From the NCBI GenBank assembly GCA_964456445.1, contig CAYWBI010000007.1, forward strand, positions 1 through 57,643: a DNA stretch of 57,643 nucleotides. The letters run 5' to 3'. The DNA comes from an uncultured Calditrichaceae bacterium. GTDB taxonomy: Bacteria > Calditrichota > Calditrichia > Calditrichales > J004. Positions 1 to 10,044 of this stretch are shown here, in pieces. The notes under the pieces were generated by a model, which was not told the DNA's origin, did not search any database, and worked only from the letters and a program-made list of their open reading frames with translations. Both the position numbers and the translations under genes were made by a program. Each line of letters opens with the position of its first letter. Position 1 is the stretch's first letter.

Positions 1-270
1 CACTTCATTATTTTTCCCTTAAAAATCAATAATTAAATCGCGAAGAGAAATCCCACAATAGATGCTATGAAAACATTGCCTAAAATAAACAATATCCAAA
101 ATCAAACCATTGAAAATTAAAATGTTTATACCCAAAAGACACACCCTATACATATACCGTTGGTAGTCAAAAATTATGACACGCATATTTTCAATATAAG
201 GAATGGCATTTGCATGGAATATTTAATCACCGCATTGATATCCCGAAACGGCCGGGAAGAAATCGGGTTC

Positions 271-573
271 TCAGCTGCTGAGCTTGATGACAATTATTAT
301 AAATGATTGGAAAAAAAGCAGGATGGCAAGCAGTTTATAGCCGTGGTTCATGGATATATCATTTTGCCGAAGGATCATATACACGGCATAAAATATGCCG
401 ATGAGCGCGCCCAGAAAAGCACCTTCGATACCGAGCGCAATCGCGTTCCAGGTCAACTGGGTATTGAGAACGGAAAACATCGCGCCGAGCAAGGTTCCGG
501 CGATCAGGAACGTAAAAAAAGACAAGGTTAAAAATCCAAGGCATTTCAAAGTGTGCATCTTATCCTCCATCAT
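271..573 (-). CDS. Small hypothetical membrane protein (about 3 TM helices)
   Basis: 100-aa ORF with three hydrophobic stretches; no recognisable family. Confidence 0.55.
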   Translation of the reverse strand: MMEDKMHTLKCLGFLTLSFFTFLIAGTLLGAMFSVLNTQLTWNAIALGIEGAFLGALIGIFYAVYMILRQNDISMNHGYKLLAILLFFQSFIIIVIKLSS

Positions 574-737
574 GGATGGAAATAATATACAAAATTTTAG
601 ATAAAAATCTACTTGCCCTAAAAATTAAAAGATAAAACATTCAGACAAACGCTATTTTTTCAATTATGGAAATTATGCGCAGTTGCAGTATTGATGGAAA
701 GGCCGACTCTTTGAAAATTATTTGTTCATGTTTTAAC

Positions 738-1892
738 TTATCTGCTTCCCAGAAGATAACTTTTTAGGCTTTTAATTTTTTGGAAAAACCCCTTTTGGTA
801 TCTTGTAGAATAGGGCGTAAAGTAAAATGGTTTATTAGCAGCTTTGAATTTACTTTCGGCGAGACCTATATATGCCAAGGCCCGGTTATAATCCTTGAAG
901 CGTGAGCTGTACAACTTTGCCAAATAATAGAAAGGTTTCGGATCATTTTCATCCCTTGCAACCTGTTCTAAGAAAATGTCCTTTAAATGCCCGGCAGGGA
1001 TATTCTTATCATCTATTCGTTTGGCTGCAATTGCAAAGCCCACACTCGAGCTATAATGGTCGTTTAATATCGTATTTTGCCAGGACAAAAAAATATCATA
1101 GAAATTATAAGCCAATTGCCCGTTTTCTTTTTTTAAATCAACTCTGCCCGCTTGAGCTACATATTTATTATGATCTTCAAAAACTTTAAAAAGATTTATA
1201 TACTTTTTGGTAATAGGGGATGTTGGGTAGTTTCGGGCCAGCCCGTTTAAATAAATAAGATATTTCTCACGATTACCCAGAATTAAATTCGCATGGGCAA
1301 ACAAGTAATATAGTCCCGGTGTCTTTCGTGGATTTGCATTACTTATTTGGGCAAGCATAGCGCTAACTGTATCCTTCAAAGAATAATTATCAAGTGCATG
1401 GATTAATTTTTCAGTTGACCAATAATTTTGATATTCAGGATAGTTATCCGGATAGAGTTCTAATTCTTTATTAAAATATCTTTCCCGTTCAGCATCGTCA
1501 TAAAAAACCGCTAACTGTGCATATCCATTTCGCGCCACATGACGCTGGTGATTATATATTAAGCTTTTGTATGTGGAATCAACTATTTTCATCTCATTAT
1601 TTGTAACGAACAATTTGAGAAATGAAACGCTGTCCGGCAGAACAAGAAAGGCCGAATAGGAGCCTGATGCTGGTTTTGCCTTTAGGCTAATCTTGCGTGT
1701 TGTCCCCTTTTCATAATTTAAAAATATTAAGAAGAAGAAATTTGAACTTTCTGTATTTATAGAATCCGCCTTAAAATCAATCGATAGCGTATCGCCCCAT
1801 TCCGGCATCCTCGGATGAAAATCGACAGTTTGAGCTTGCACAGCAAAGAAGGACATCAAAAGCATATTGCAAAGGATATCTTTTATTTTCAT
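738..1892 (-). CDS. Secreted hypothetical protein with TPR-like helical C-terminal region
   Basis: Long ORF (track 738..1952); ATG at 1892 gives a signal peptide MKIKDILCNMLLMSFFAVQAQ; TPR-like segments such as PFYYLAKLY...DYNRALAYI. Confidence 0.65.
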   Translation of the reverse strand: MKIKDILCNMLLMSFFAVQAQTVDFHPRMPEWGDTLSIDFKADSINTESSNFFFLIFLNYEKGTTRKISLKAKPASGSYSAFLVLPDSVSFLKLFVTNNEMKIVDSTYKSLIYNHQRHVARNGYAQLAVFYDDAERERYFNKELELYPDNYPEYQNYWSTEKLIHALDNYSLKDTVSAMLAQISNANPRKTPGLYYLFAHANLILGNREKYLIYLNGLARNYPTSPITKKYINLFKVFEDHNKYVAQAGRVDLKKENGQLAYNFYDIFLSWQNTILNDHYSSSVGFAIAAKRIDDKNIPAGHLKDIFLEQVARDENDPKPFYYLAKLYSSRFKDYNRALAYIGLAESKFKAANKPFYFTPYSTRYQKGFFQKIKSLKSYLLGSR

Positions 1893-2109
1893 CTTATTGG
1901 TCGGAAATTCCTTTATTTTACATTGATAAAACCTGTCATAGAATATCCACAACCAACACTAATACTGAATTAACCGCTTAGTGTGCCGGCTGCCAGAGTG
2001 CCTGGATATTCGTATTAAATTAAAGATGTAGTAAAAACAGGAAATTTATGATTGTCAATAAATAATTATACCGGCCCCAATCATAGAATAAACATTGAAA
2101 CCGGGCGGA

Positions 2110-2622
2110 TTAGTCCCCGTCGTTGATAACATTGACCTTACTCGGCACAATATAAGCATCGCGGTAATTGAGGTCCCGGGCAAGATCGCGTATTTTTTCG
2201 GCCTCGGCCCGGTTGCGGGCGTCACCGATACGCACCTTGTAAAGCGGGCCTTCGAAAACGAGGTATGTTTTATAACCGTCATTTTTAAAATGTTCACGGG
2301 CTTCTTCCTCCACCAGGGTGGCGGATTCGATATTCTTGGTCACGATAATCTGTACCCGGTAACCGTTGACTTCCTTATATTCAATTTCCTTGTTTTTTTC
2401 ATCCTGCGGCCCGGGTTTGACGTTTTCCGTTTTTGGAACCCCGGCAATAACGATATCATCATCATCGAGGCTATTGGGGTCAAAGGATTCATCAAATTTT
2501 TTAGATGGCCCGGCCTTGTCGGTTTTTACAACAACCGCGCTGCTCTGGCAGGCAATGAAACTTATACTAAGCACAAAAAGAAGTAAAATTTTAAGCATAT
2601 CCCCGATCCTAAATGATTTCAA
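2110..2622 (-). CDS. SPOR-domain (peptidoglycan-binding) lipoprotein
   Basis: Lipobox FIAC; C-terminal SPOR signature GYRVQI...YKVRIG...AEAEK...DAYIV; alternative start 2598. Confidence 0.85.
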   Translation of the reverse strand: MKSFRIGDMLKILLLFVLSISFIACQSSAVVVKTDKAGPSKKFDESFDPNSLDDDDIVIAGVPKTENVKPGPQDEKNKEIEYKEVNGYRVQIIVTKNIESATLVEEEAREHFKNDGYKTYLVFEGPLYKVRIGDARNRAEAEKIRDLARDLNYRDAYIVPSKVNVINDGD

Positions 2623-3364
2623 ATGCGGATTTTTTTAACCATCCCCGCTTGCCATCGGCAAGACGTATTTCGTACCAGTCGCCACTATTACGTTCAATAT
2701 GCACCTTGCTGCCTTCATGCAGGACAAAGAGTTCGGTGGCGTCTTTTCCCGGCCCGGAATAGACCGTGACCATGGGCGTTAATATAATCCCGGATTGTTC
2801 TGTTTCAAACAGATAATAGCGATCGGTGGCAATTATCCCTGTGCCAAGCCACACAATCAACAATAAATAAAACAACATCCGCCCCCTTTCGCGCCCCCGT
2901 CGGCGGGTTGAAAGAAAAAATGCGGCCGCGATGAGCAAAACGATAAACAGCGCCGCGGCAATATTCAGCCACACAGATAAAGAAAACAGGAATAATAAGC
3001 CGTTCCACCAACGCGTCAGGAAAAAAACCGGCGGTTGTTGAATTTGATCGACCAGCCGCAGGCGTACCATCTGTAAATTTTGCTTCAGCGCATCATCGCC
3101 ATCTATAAAACGTTTTGCCCGTTCATAATTTAAACGGGCCAGACCAATCTTACCAACCTTGTACCAGGCATTGGCAAGATTAAAATAGGTTTCGCCCGAA
3201 GCATATCCCTGATCGATCAGGCTTTGATAATCATGGGCCGCTTTTTCAAACTGACCGTTTTTATACTGGCTATTGGCAGCGCTGAAAAGCGAATCAGCAT
3301 TTAAGGCAAAGAGTTTTGTACCCGCCGTCAATAGTATAAATATCAGGACTGCTATTTTTTTCAT
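2609..3364 (-). CDS. batE: BatE-like TPR + SH3 membrane protein
   Basis: Signal peptide, TPR (YFNLANAWYK...ARLNYERA), two TM helices, C-terminal SH3b (LHEGSKV...WYEIRLADGKRGW); follows batD; ORF track start 3394. Confidence 0.88.
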   Translation of the reverse strand: MKKIAVLIFILLTAGTKLFALNADSLFSAANSQYKNGQFEKAAHDYQSLIDQGYASGETYFNLANAWYKVGKIGLARLNYERAKRFIDGDDALKQNLQMVRLRLVDQIQQPPVFFLTRWWNGLLFLFSLSVWLNIAAALFIVLLIAAAFFLSTRRRGRERGRMLFYLLLIVWLGTGIIATDRYYLFETEQSGIILTPMVTVYSGPGKDATELFVLHEGSKVHIERNSGDWYEIRLADGKRGWLKKSAFEII

Positions 3365-3377
3365 CACGTCCAATGCT

Positions 3378-5177
3378 CTATAAATATTTACCAAGTGTTG
3401 TAATGCAGGCGTTTGCCTTGCTTAAAAATTCTTTCTTTTCGCTTAAATTGCTTGTTGAACCGGAAAACTGCTTTAAGTCGGCCTGATGCAGCAATTCAAA
3501 ATAAACCGCAATGTCGTCCGCTGGCACCCGGTGTTTCTCAAGGATTTCCCTGGCCGTGAACTCATTAAAATCCGTTAAATCTATATTCTTTTTATCCTGG
3601 ACAAAGCGGGCGAGCGCGGTTTGGACGGCCTTAAAAAACGCCGTTTCATTTTCACTGTTGATTTTTTTCCGGGCATCCGCCAACAGCCTGGCAGCCATGC
3701 GACTTGCACCCCGGTTGCGCGCCAGGGCCACATTTCCCGATAGACGCAGACGTTGGCCATCATACATCCAAAAGGCAACAAAGATTATCAATCCCAACAA
3801 AACGCTTCCCCAGTGCCACCAGCGCAAAGGGCCGCCGGCATCATTTTTTTTCAACAGCGCCGTTTCCTTTATAAAACGGATATCCTTACCCAGCAAGGCA
3901 ACTTCCGAATGGTTTATGCCGCCCCCCTGTGCGAGTACCCGTCCACCCGCTTTGCCCGTTATGTTCAGGGTTATCGGGGCGCTTTCCCGCGTTACGTATT
4001 TTTTAGTCCGCGGGTCGAAATAACTCAGACGGATGGGTTTTATTTTATAGCTGCCCGGCATCCTTGGTATCAGTATATACTCGATGGACTTGCTGCCGCT
4101 AACCACATTTTTTGTTTTGCTTAGTTTGGTGGATATTTTCGGCTCATAACGTTCGATGTCCGGCGGCAATTTTAATACCGGGGGCTGGATCAGCTTCAGG
4201 TTCCCCGTTCCGCTTATCCTGACTTTTAAAGAAATGGCGTCATTTACCTTTGCTTTGATTTTATCCGCATTTACCTTAAGATTAAAACGACCGACCGCGC
4301 CATTGAAACCAACCGGCTTGCCTTTTTCCGGCAGAGGGAGCACCTTTATGCTTATGGCTTTACTGGCTACATGTTTGCGAACGGAACGTGCGCCGTTATC
4401 AAAGAAACTGTCAAAAATACTCCGCCGGGATTGACGCGAGCGGACAACGGCCTCAACATTCAGGGCCATCGGTTCCAGGGTCAGCTTGCCTACCTGTGTT
4501 GGGAAAAGGGCTACTTTGCGCAGGGTGGCCACATTATAATTTATACCGTTTACAATTTCATTTTCGATAACCGGCTGCGCGGGCATGTCAAATTCTTCGG
4601 TCCAGAAACCGGCATTTGGCGGCATGGATTCAACTTCATAAGTTCGCACATTAACCTTAAAATATAGCTTGTAGGCCACATTTATCTGCTGACCGATATA
4701 GGCCTTTCTACGCGAGACAATGGTTTTTAGAAATAAACTTTGCCCGGCAATCGAAGCGTCGGAGGTCTTTTTTGGTGTTTTGCCCGTGGCGGGCGGCGCA
4801 CCCTTAACAACCGAGATGTTTATCGGCTGGCTGGAAAGGATGTCGCCTTTATATTCAACCGTTGCCTTACCAATGGTAAATTTACCGATCTTGCGGGGTT
4901 TCAGTATATAAGAATAGGACTTGGATGAAGACATCGCCCCGTTTACAAACTGGATGCTGGTGGACTGATTAGGGCCTGAGAGCGTATAGAAACTACTCAA
5001 ATCCGGAAGCCGGATATCCGGGAAGCTGGATGTGGGCCCTTTTAATTCCACCGTGAATTCAAAATTATCATCAATGGAAACGGTATTTTTTGAGACCGAT
5101 GCCGTAATTTTTAAATCCGCCCCGGTAAGTAACAATGGGGCGAGAACAAACATCAGAGTAAATATTTTAATTTTCAT
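3378..5177 (-). CDS. batD: BatD oxygen-tolerance family protein
   Basis: Signal peptide, SGPNQSTSIQFVNG, GAVGRF, ISGTGN and YFDP motifs, C-terminal TM; position in bat operon; ORF track start 5198. Confidence 0.9.
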   Translation of the reverse strand: MKIKIFTLMFVLAPLLLTGADLKITASVSKNTVSIDDNFEFTVELKGPTSSFPDIRLPDLSSFYTLSGPNQSTSIQFVNGAMSSSKSYSYILKPRKIGKFTIGKATVEYKGDILSSQPINISVVKGAPPATGKTPKKTSDASIAGQSLFLKTIVSRRKAYIGQQINVAYKLYFKVNVRTYEVESMPPNAGFWTEEFDMPAQPVIENEIVNGINYNVATLRKVALFPTQVGKLTLEPMALNVEAVVRSRQSRRSIFDSFFDNGARSVRKHVASKAISIKVLPLPEKGKPVGFNGAVGRFNLKVNADKIKAKVNDAISLKVRISGTGNLKLIQPPVLKLPPDIERYEPKISTKLSKTKNVVSGSKSIEYILIPRMPGSYKIKPIRLSYFDPRTKKYVTRESAPITLNITGKAGGRVLAQGGGINHSEVALLGKDIRFIKETALLKKNDAGGPLRWWHWGSVLLGLIIFVAFWMYDGQRLRLSGNVALARNRGASRMAARLLADARKKINSENETAFFKAVQTALARFVQDKKNIDLTDFNEFTAREILEKHRVPADDIAVYFELLHQADLKQFSGSTSNLSEKKEFLSKANACITTLGKYL

Positions 5178-5191
5178 CACAGTTTTTTTAT

Positions 5192-5950
5192 TTACCAATC
5201 TTTTCCATGAACCCGACCACGCACCTTAACCGGTGGTTTGCGTTTTTGCGCCTTTTGTTCGTCATCGCGCAATGCGTTGAGAATTCTTTGGGCTTCCTGT
5301 TTGTTTATTTTATCTTTCTTACCTTGTTGTTTCTGTTTTTCCGCTTGTTTTTGCTGTTCCTTCTTCTGTTGTTCTTGCTGCTGTTGCTGTTGTTTTTTCT
5401 TTTGCTGATCTTTTTTCTGTTTATCCTTTTGCGATTGTTGCTGTTGCTGCTTTTCCCCGTTTTGCTGTTTTTTATCCTGCTTTTTCTGATTTTGTTTGTT
5501 TTTCTGTTTTTTGGATTGTTCTTTAAGTTTGGCCCGGGCCAGTTCGAGATTATATTTCGCCTCCCTGTCCGCGGGATTCAAATCTAAGGCTTTTTTATAT
5601 TCATCGATACTTTGTTGTAATTTATTTTCCTTGAACCAACTGTTGCCAATATTAAAATGCGCCCTGGCGGCCAGATCGATATTTTTACTGCCTAAAAGTT
5701 TTTGATAGCTTTCCCGCGCTTCCTTGTATTTCTTCATCTTATACAGGGCGTCACCGGAATTGAACAAGATCGTCTCATTCAATGGATCATCAAGCTGGGC
5801 GTCTTTGTAATTCCCAAGCGATTGCTCATATTTTCCCTCTTTATAAAGTACATTGCCTTCATTCACCTTTTCACGGATTCCCTGTCCAAAGGCCATCGAG
5901 ACGCCAAACAGAATAATCAGGGTTAGTTTTATTCTCATGTTCTTTATCAT
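5192..5950 (-). CDS. batC: BatC TPR protein with Q/K-rich linker
   Basis: TPRs (FNIGNSWF...YKKALDLNP...AKYNLELA), Q/K low-complexity tract, C-terminal AQRILNAL...KDW typical of BatC. Confidence 0.88.
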   Translation of the reverse strand: MIKNMRIKLTLIILFGVSMAFGQGIREKVNEGNVLYKEGKYEQSLGNYKDAQLDDPLNETILFNSGDALYKMKKYKEARESYQKLLGSKNIDLAARAHFNIGNSWFKENKLQQSIDEYKKALDLNPADREAKYNLELARAKLKEQSKKQKNKQNQKKQDKKQQNGEKQQQQQSQKDKQKKDQQKKKQQQQQQEQQKKEQQKQAEKQKQQGKKDKINKQEAQRILNALRDDEQKAQKRKPPVKVRGRVHGKDW

Positions 5951-6987
5951 GAAATTGTCCTCAAAAACACCTTACGGCTTTCCGGTATCATTATGCTCAT
6001 AAGTATCAGTATCAAACCCAGGGCCACAAAAATTTGATAACGATCTTCGTACTGAGAAAATACTTTGGACGCCAGGGATTTCTTTTCAAGCTTGCCCACA
6101 GCCTTGTAGATGTCCTGCAATTCGGTCTCGCCGTTGGTTGAAATATAGTATTTTCCATTTGCGGCAAAGGCGATTTTTTCCAGTATTTCAGCATCGAGTT
6201 TCGTGGTGACCACATTGCCCTGTCTGTCTTTTTTAAAACCGGTGCGATTGCCATTATGATCAAACAGGGGGATGGGCACGCCCTGCAACGATCCAAGCCC
6301 GATGGTATAAATAATAACGCCCTGTTCCGCCGCAGCCTGTGCTTCTTTCACCGGATTCCCTTCATGCTCCTCGCCATCGGTGATCAGGATAAGCACCTTA
6401 TGTTTACGGTCTTTTTGATTAAAGGCCTTTGTTGCCGTTTTAATGGCGTCGCCGATAGCGGTTCCCGGTTGCGGGATAAGATGCGTATCCATCATACGTA
6501 AAAATAAACGCGCCGCCGAGTAATCGAGGGTAAGCGGCATTTGCACATGGGCAATACCGGCAAAAGCCACCAGTCCAATGCGGTCGCCCTGCAGAATATC
6601 AATCAATTTATTTATTTCATATTTGGCTTTCTCCAGGCGGTTGGGTTTTATGTCCTCGGCCTGCATCGAAAGAGAAACATCCAGGGCAACGATGATATCC
6701 TGGCCTTCCCTTTTTACATTTTCCATGCGTGTGCCGATCTGTGGTCCCGCACAGGCAATAACAAGCGCGATATAGGCAAACACGTTTAGAACGGCCTTTA
6801 GCGTACGGCGTTTCTTGCTGAAACCGGCCATCATCTTTTTCAATAGTTCAATCTGCCCGAACTTCTTCAGCAGGATTTCCCTTTGCCGGAAGGCATACCA
6901 ATAAAAGGCGGCCAATATAAGCGCGCCCCATAGGGCCTGCAAAAAAAGCGGGTGGGCAAAGCGTAATACATTCATACGATATTCCAA
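5947..6987 (-). CDS. batB: BatB vWA-domain membrane protein
   Basis: N-terminal TM, GPQIG, MIDAS DVSLS / GTAIG / ITDGE, C-terminal TM; ATG alternative at 6975. Confidence 0.9.
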   Translation of the reverse strand: MEYRMNVLRFAHPLFLQALWGALILAAFYWYAFRQREILLKKFGQIELLKKMMAGFSKKRRTLKAVLNVFAYIALVIACAGPQIGTRMENVKREGQDIIVALDVSLSMQAEDIKPNRLEKAKYEINKLIDILQGDRIGLVAFAGIAHVQMPLTLDYSAARLFLRMMDTHLIPQPGTAIGDAIKTATKAFNQKDRKHKVLILITDGEEHEGNPVKEAQAAAEQGVIIYTIGLGSLQGVPIPLFDHNGNRTGFKKDRQGNVVTTKLDAEILEKIAFAANGKYYISTNGETELQDIYKAVGKLEKKSLASKVFSQYEDRYQIFVALGLILILMSIMIPESRKVFLRTIS

Positions 6988-7096
6988 TTTTTTAAGCTGT
7001 TTGCAGATAGCTGCTTATCGTCATGTTCACAATCCGTCTCCCTGCAACAAGGGGGATTGTTTCACCAATCTATAAACATTACCAACAGGCAGCAGA

Positions 7097-7619
7097 GTAA
7101 CGCACGACTTCAGTCGTGGGTTTGTGTAAAACCAATCCAATCAAAACCCTTAAAAGGGTTTCAATAAATCATTAAATGCCCTCTACTCCCACGGCTAAAG
7201 CCGTGGGTTACATCCAAGCTCATTTATTCATCCACTTATAGGACACTGCCTGGACATGGTCGTCTCACCGTGGATCATTGCCGCATCGACGGGAATGACG
7301 GTAACCCGCGACTTCAGTCGTGGGTTTGTGTAAAACCTAACCAATGAAAACCCTTAAAAGGGTTTCAATAAATCACTAAATGCCCTCTACTCCCACGGCT
7401 AAAGCCGTGGGTTACATCCAAGCTCATTTATTCATCCACTTATAGGACACTGCCTGGACATGGTCGTCTCACCGTGGATCATTGCCGCATCGACGGGAAT
7501 GACGGTAACCCGCGACTTCAGTCGTGGGTTTGTGTAAAACCTAACCAATGAAAACCCTTAAAAGGGTTTCAATAATTCATTAAATGCCCTCTACTCCCAC
7601 GGCTAAAGCCGTGGGTTAC
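7097..7619. repeat. Tandem array of three 115-bp REP doublets (period 204 bp) with two identical 89-bp spacers
   Basis: Units 7097-7211, 7301-7415 and 7505-7619. Each is GTAAC(G/C)C(A/G)CGACTTCAGTCGTGGG ... AAACCCTTAAAAGGGTTT ... CCCACGGCTAAAGCCGTGGGTTAC. Spacers 7212-7300 and 7416-7504 are identical. Confidence 0.95.
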
Positions 7620-7650
7620 CAATTTGTGCAAGCCATTAAGCATCGACTGT

Positions 7651-8646
7651 TTACGGTAATTTCCTTAAATACGTATTCGCCAGGATCACCTGCAGTAGAA
7701 ACAGCAACAATCCGAGTATAACAAAGGAAAGATAACGCTCATCATAATGTGTGTATTCTTTTACTTCGATTTTTGTTTTTTCAAGCTTGCCGATCTCATC
7801 ATAAATTTGTTTTAATTTTTGTGTATCCGTAGCCCGGAAATAACGGCCATCGGTATTTGCAGCAATTTTCCGCAGGGTTTCTTCATCGATACGAACCTGC
7901 ATGGGCACATAACGTTTACCGAAAACCGGGTCCTGTACCGGATACATGGCCGTCCCCTGTTTACCGGCGCCGATTGTATAAATACGGATCCCATATGCCT
8001 TGGCGATTTGAGAAGCGGTGATCGGATCAATTTGCCCCGCATTGTTCACGCCATCGGTCAGCAGGATTATAACCTTGCTCTTGGCCTTGCTGTCACGCAA
8101 ACGGTTTACGGCATTTACAACCCCCATCCCGATAGCCGTACCGTCCCAGGATTTATCAGCGATTTTGACCTGCTCCAGCAACGAAAGTAACACACCATAA
8201 TCGAGTGTAAGCGGACATTGGGTAAAACTCTCACCGGCAAAAACTACCAAACCGATGCGGTCATTGTTGCGCTCTTTTATAAATTCCCTTGCAACGCTCT
8301 TGGCTGCCTGGATGCGGTTATTTGGTTTAAAATCCTCCGCCAGCATACTTGATGAAACATCCATCGCCATCACAATATCGATACCCTCGGTGGTGATCTG
8401 CTGTTCTTTGCTGGAAGCCTGTGGGCGGGCCAACGCCAATATCAACAGGCTAAGTGCCAGCAGATTTAATACCGGCAGCAGCGGCAACAAACGCTGCCGC
8501 GAACTCTTGCCGATCCGTCTTACCAGTCCCGTATCCGAATACTTTAAATGTGCGCTCCCCTTGCCCTTCCGGCTGTAATACCACCAGGCAAGGAAGGGGA
8601 TAACAATCAACAACAATAAATAATATGGATCTCGAAATTCAAACAT
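7651..8646 (-). CDS. batA: BatA vWA-domain membrane protein
   Basis: MFEFRDP N-terminus, LALARPQ, EGIDIV, MIDAS DVSSS / DGTAIG / LTDG, C-terminal TM; ORF track start 8688. Confidence 0.92.
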   Translation of the reverse strand: MFEFRDPYYLLLLIVIPFLAWWYYSRKGKGSAHLKYSDTGLVRRIGKSSRQRLLPLLPVLNLLALSLLILALARPQASSKEQQITTEGIDIVMAMDVSSSMLAEDFKPNNRIQAAKSVAREFIKERNNDRIGLVVFAGESFTQCPLTLDYGVLLSLLEQVKIADKSWDGTAIGMGVVNAVNRLRDSKAKSKVIILLTDGVNNAGQIDPITASQIAKAYGIRIYTIGAGKQGTAMYPVQDPVFGKRYVPMQVRIDEETLRKIAANTDGRYFRATDTQKLKQIYDEIGKLEKTKIEVKEYTHYDERYLSFVILGLLLFLLQVILANTYLRKLP

Positions 8647-8707
8647 TTTTTCCCTGACCGCTGACGAGAACACGAACATTTTTATCACGTTTCATCGCCA
8701 ATTACAT

Positions 8708-10030
8708 TTATTTTTTCTTTTTATATTCTTCCACGGATTTGAGCACATTTTTTAACGTGGATTCATTTACACTCGCCAATAAATTTCTTTGGATATTCAG
8801 AATATAGCGTTTTTTATCGACCGTTTTTCCAAGATGCAAATTAGCGAGAATTTTGCCATCTTTATAAAGTGTGATTTGATCGATGGGCTTTTTCAACCCA
8901 AAGCGAAATAAATTTTTGCTGTTTGCCTTAAAAAAAGCTGTAACCTTTAAATTTGCTATGGCATTTAACAAATTGTTTATTTTAAAGGTCTCAAGAGTGT
9001 CTCTGGCAGATGAAATCCAACTGCCGCTGCTGTCCTTAGTAACACTATTGATTTGGCCGTTCAGCGCCCAATCAATCCGATCCGCGCCGGTCACTGTAGC
9101 ATCGTTAAGTTTTTTATTGCGAAAATCAAACAGCGTTTTATCCAGCGCTTTTGTAAAATCCTTGTCAAGACTAAACACCATCGGACGGACATTGTCTTTT
9201 GCAAATACCTTTGAATTCGTCACAGATGATAAAATGATGCGCGCCTCGGTTTTATTCGATCCTTCAAAAAAGGACAGGCTGTAAGCCGGTTTGTTTAGTT
9301 TGAAGGATTTTAAACTTTGGGCGTTTTCATTTTCAACCGCTTTCATCCGGCCGGAGTTAAGTTTGTTTAGCAATCCATTGACCGTGGATTCATCCGCCTC
9401 TGTTTTCATTGGTGCCGTAAGCTTCCATTTGCCATTTTCCAGGACTAAGTTAAAATTGCCCTGCGGGTTTTTTAAGCGGATTTCATTTACGGCCGCGCGG
9501 TTGAACAACAGCACCCGTTTATCCCGCCAATCAAACAAAGATTTATTCACGCCGCTTTTTAAACTTGCTGCGGTAAGATAAATGAGTGAATCGCCCTTAC
9601 CGGCAAAAACATTTGAACCGATCCCGCTGTTGTCGCCCAGACGAATGGAATCGTGCTGCGTACCGGCCCAGGCATTGATATTGAAAAAAGGTTCCCTCAG
9701 GCCATATTTGGCCCACTCTTTTTTATCGGCATTGAATGTACGGATTTTTTTCGCAGCCGTTAAAGTGGATAAGAAACCACTAACTGTATTTTTATCCGCC
9801 TGTGTTTTAACCGGTGTATCGAACCACCATTCACCATTGCTTTTTGTAAGATGGAAATGTCCTTTAGTGCCGCGAATATCCAACACATCAATGCTGTCCT
9901 TTTTCAGCGGCACCAGCTTTTCCATTTGATCTTTTACCGCCTGACGTTCTTCACCGCCTTTTATTTCATAAAAATAAACATAACCGGCAAGCAGTACCGC
10001 CAGAACAAGCATAATAAGGGTTTTGCGCAT
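8708..10030 (-). CDS. DUF4340-domain protein (three repeated domains, N-terminal anchor)
   Basis: N-terminal TM; repeated W...P...AD...V...L...L...YGL/FKL/FGL-xxP units and WRDK/FRNK linkers; usual partner of GldG-like ABC systems. Confidence 0.8.
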   Translation of the reverse strand: MRKTLIMLVLAVLLAGYVYFYEIKGGEERQAVKDQMEKLVPLKKDSIDVLDIRGTKGHFHLTKSNGEWWFDTPVKTQADKNTVSGFLSTLTAAKKIRTFNADKKEWAKYGLREPFFNINAWAGTQHDSIRLGDNSGIGSNVFAGKGDSLIYLTAASLKSGVNKSLFDWRDKRVLLFNRAAVNEIRLKNPQGNFNLVLENGKWKLTAPMKTEADESTVNGLLNKLNSGRMKAVENENAQSLKSFKLNKPAYSLSFFEGSNKTEARIILSSVTNSKVFAKDNVRPMVFSLDKDFTKALDKTLFDFRNKKLNDATVTGADRIDWALNGQINSVTKDSSGSWISSARDTLETFKINNLLNAIANLKVTAFFKANSKNLFRFGLKKPIDQITLYKDGKILANLHLGKTVDKKRYILNIQRNLLASVNESTLKNVLKSVEEYKKKK

Positions 10031-10044
10031 TTTCTTCTCCCTTC

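Noticed and set aside
1-8. Possible start (ATGAAGTG with purine-rich upstream) of a minus-strand gene leaving the window
   Set aside because: Only 8 nt visible; cannot be supported
5207-5587. Leu/Phe-rich plus-strand ORF that looks like a membrane protein
   Set aside because: Antisense shadow of the Q/K-rich linker of batC
7097-7619. Possible CRISPR array
   Set aside because: Repeats are 115 bp, the spacers are identical to each other, and no cas genes are present; it fits a REP-doublet tandem array
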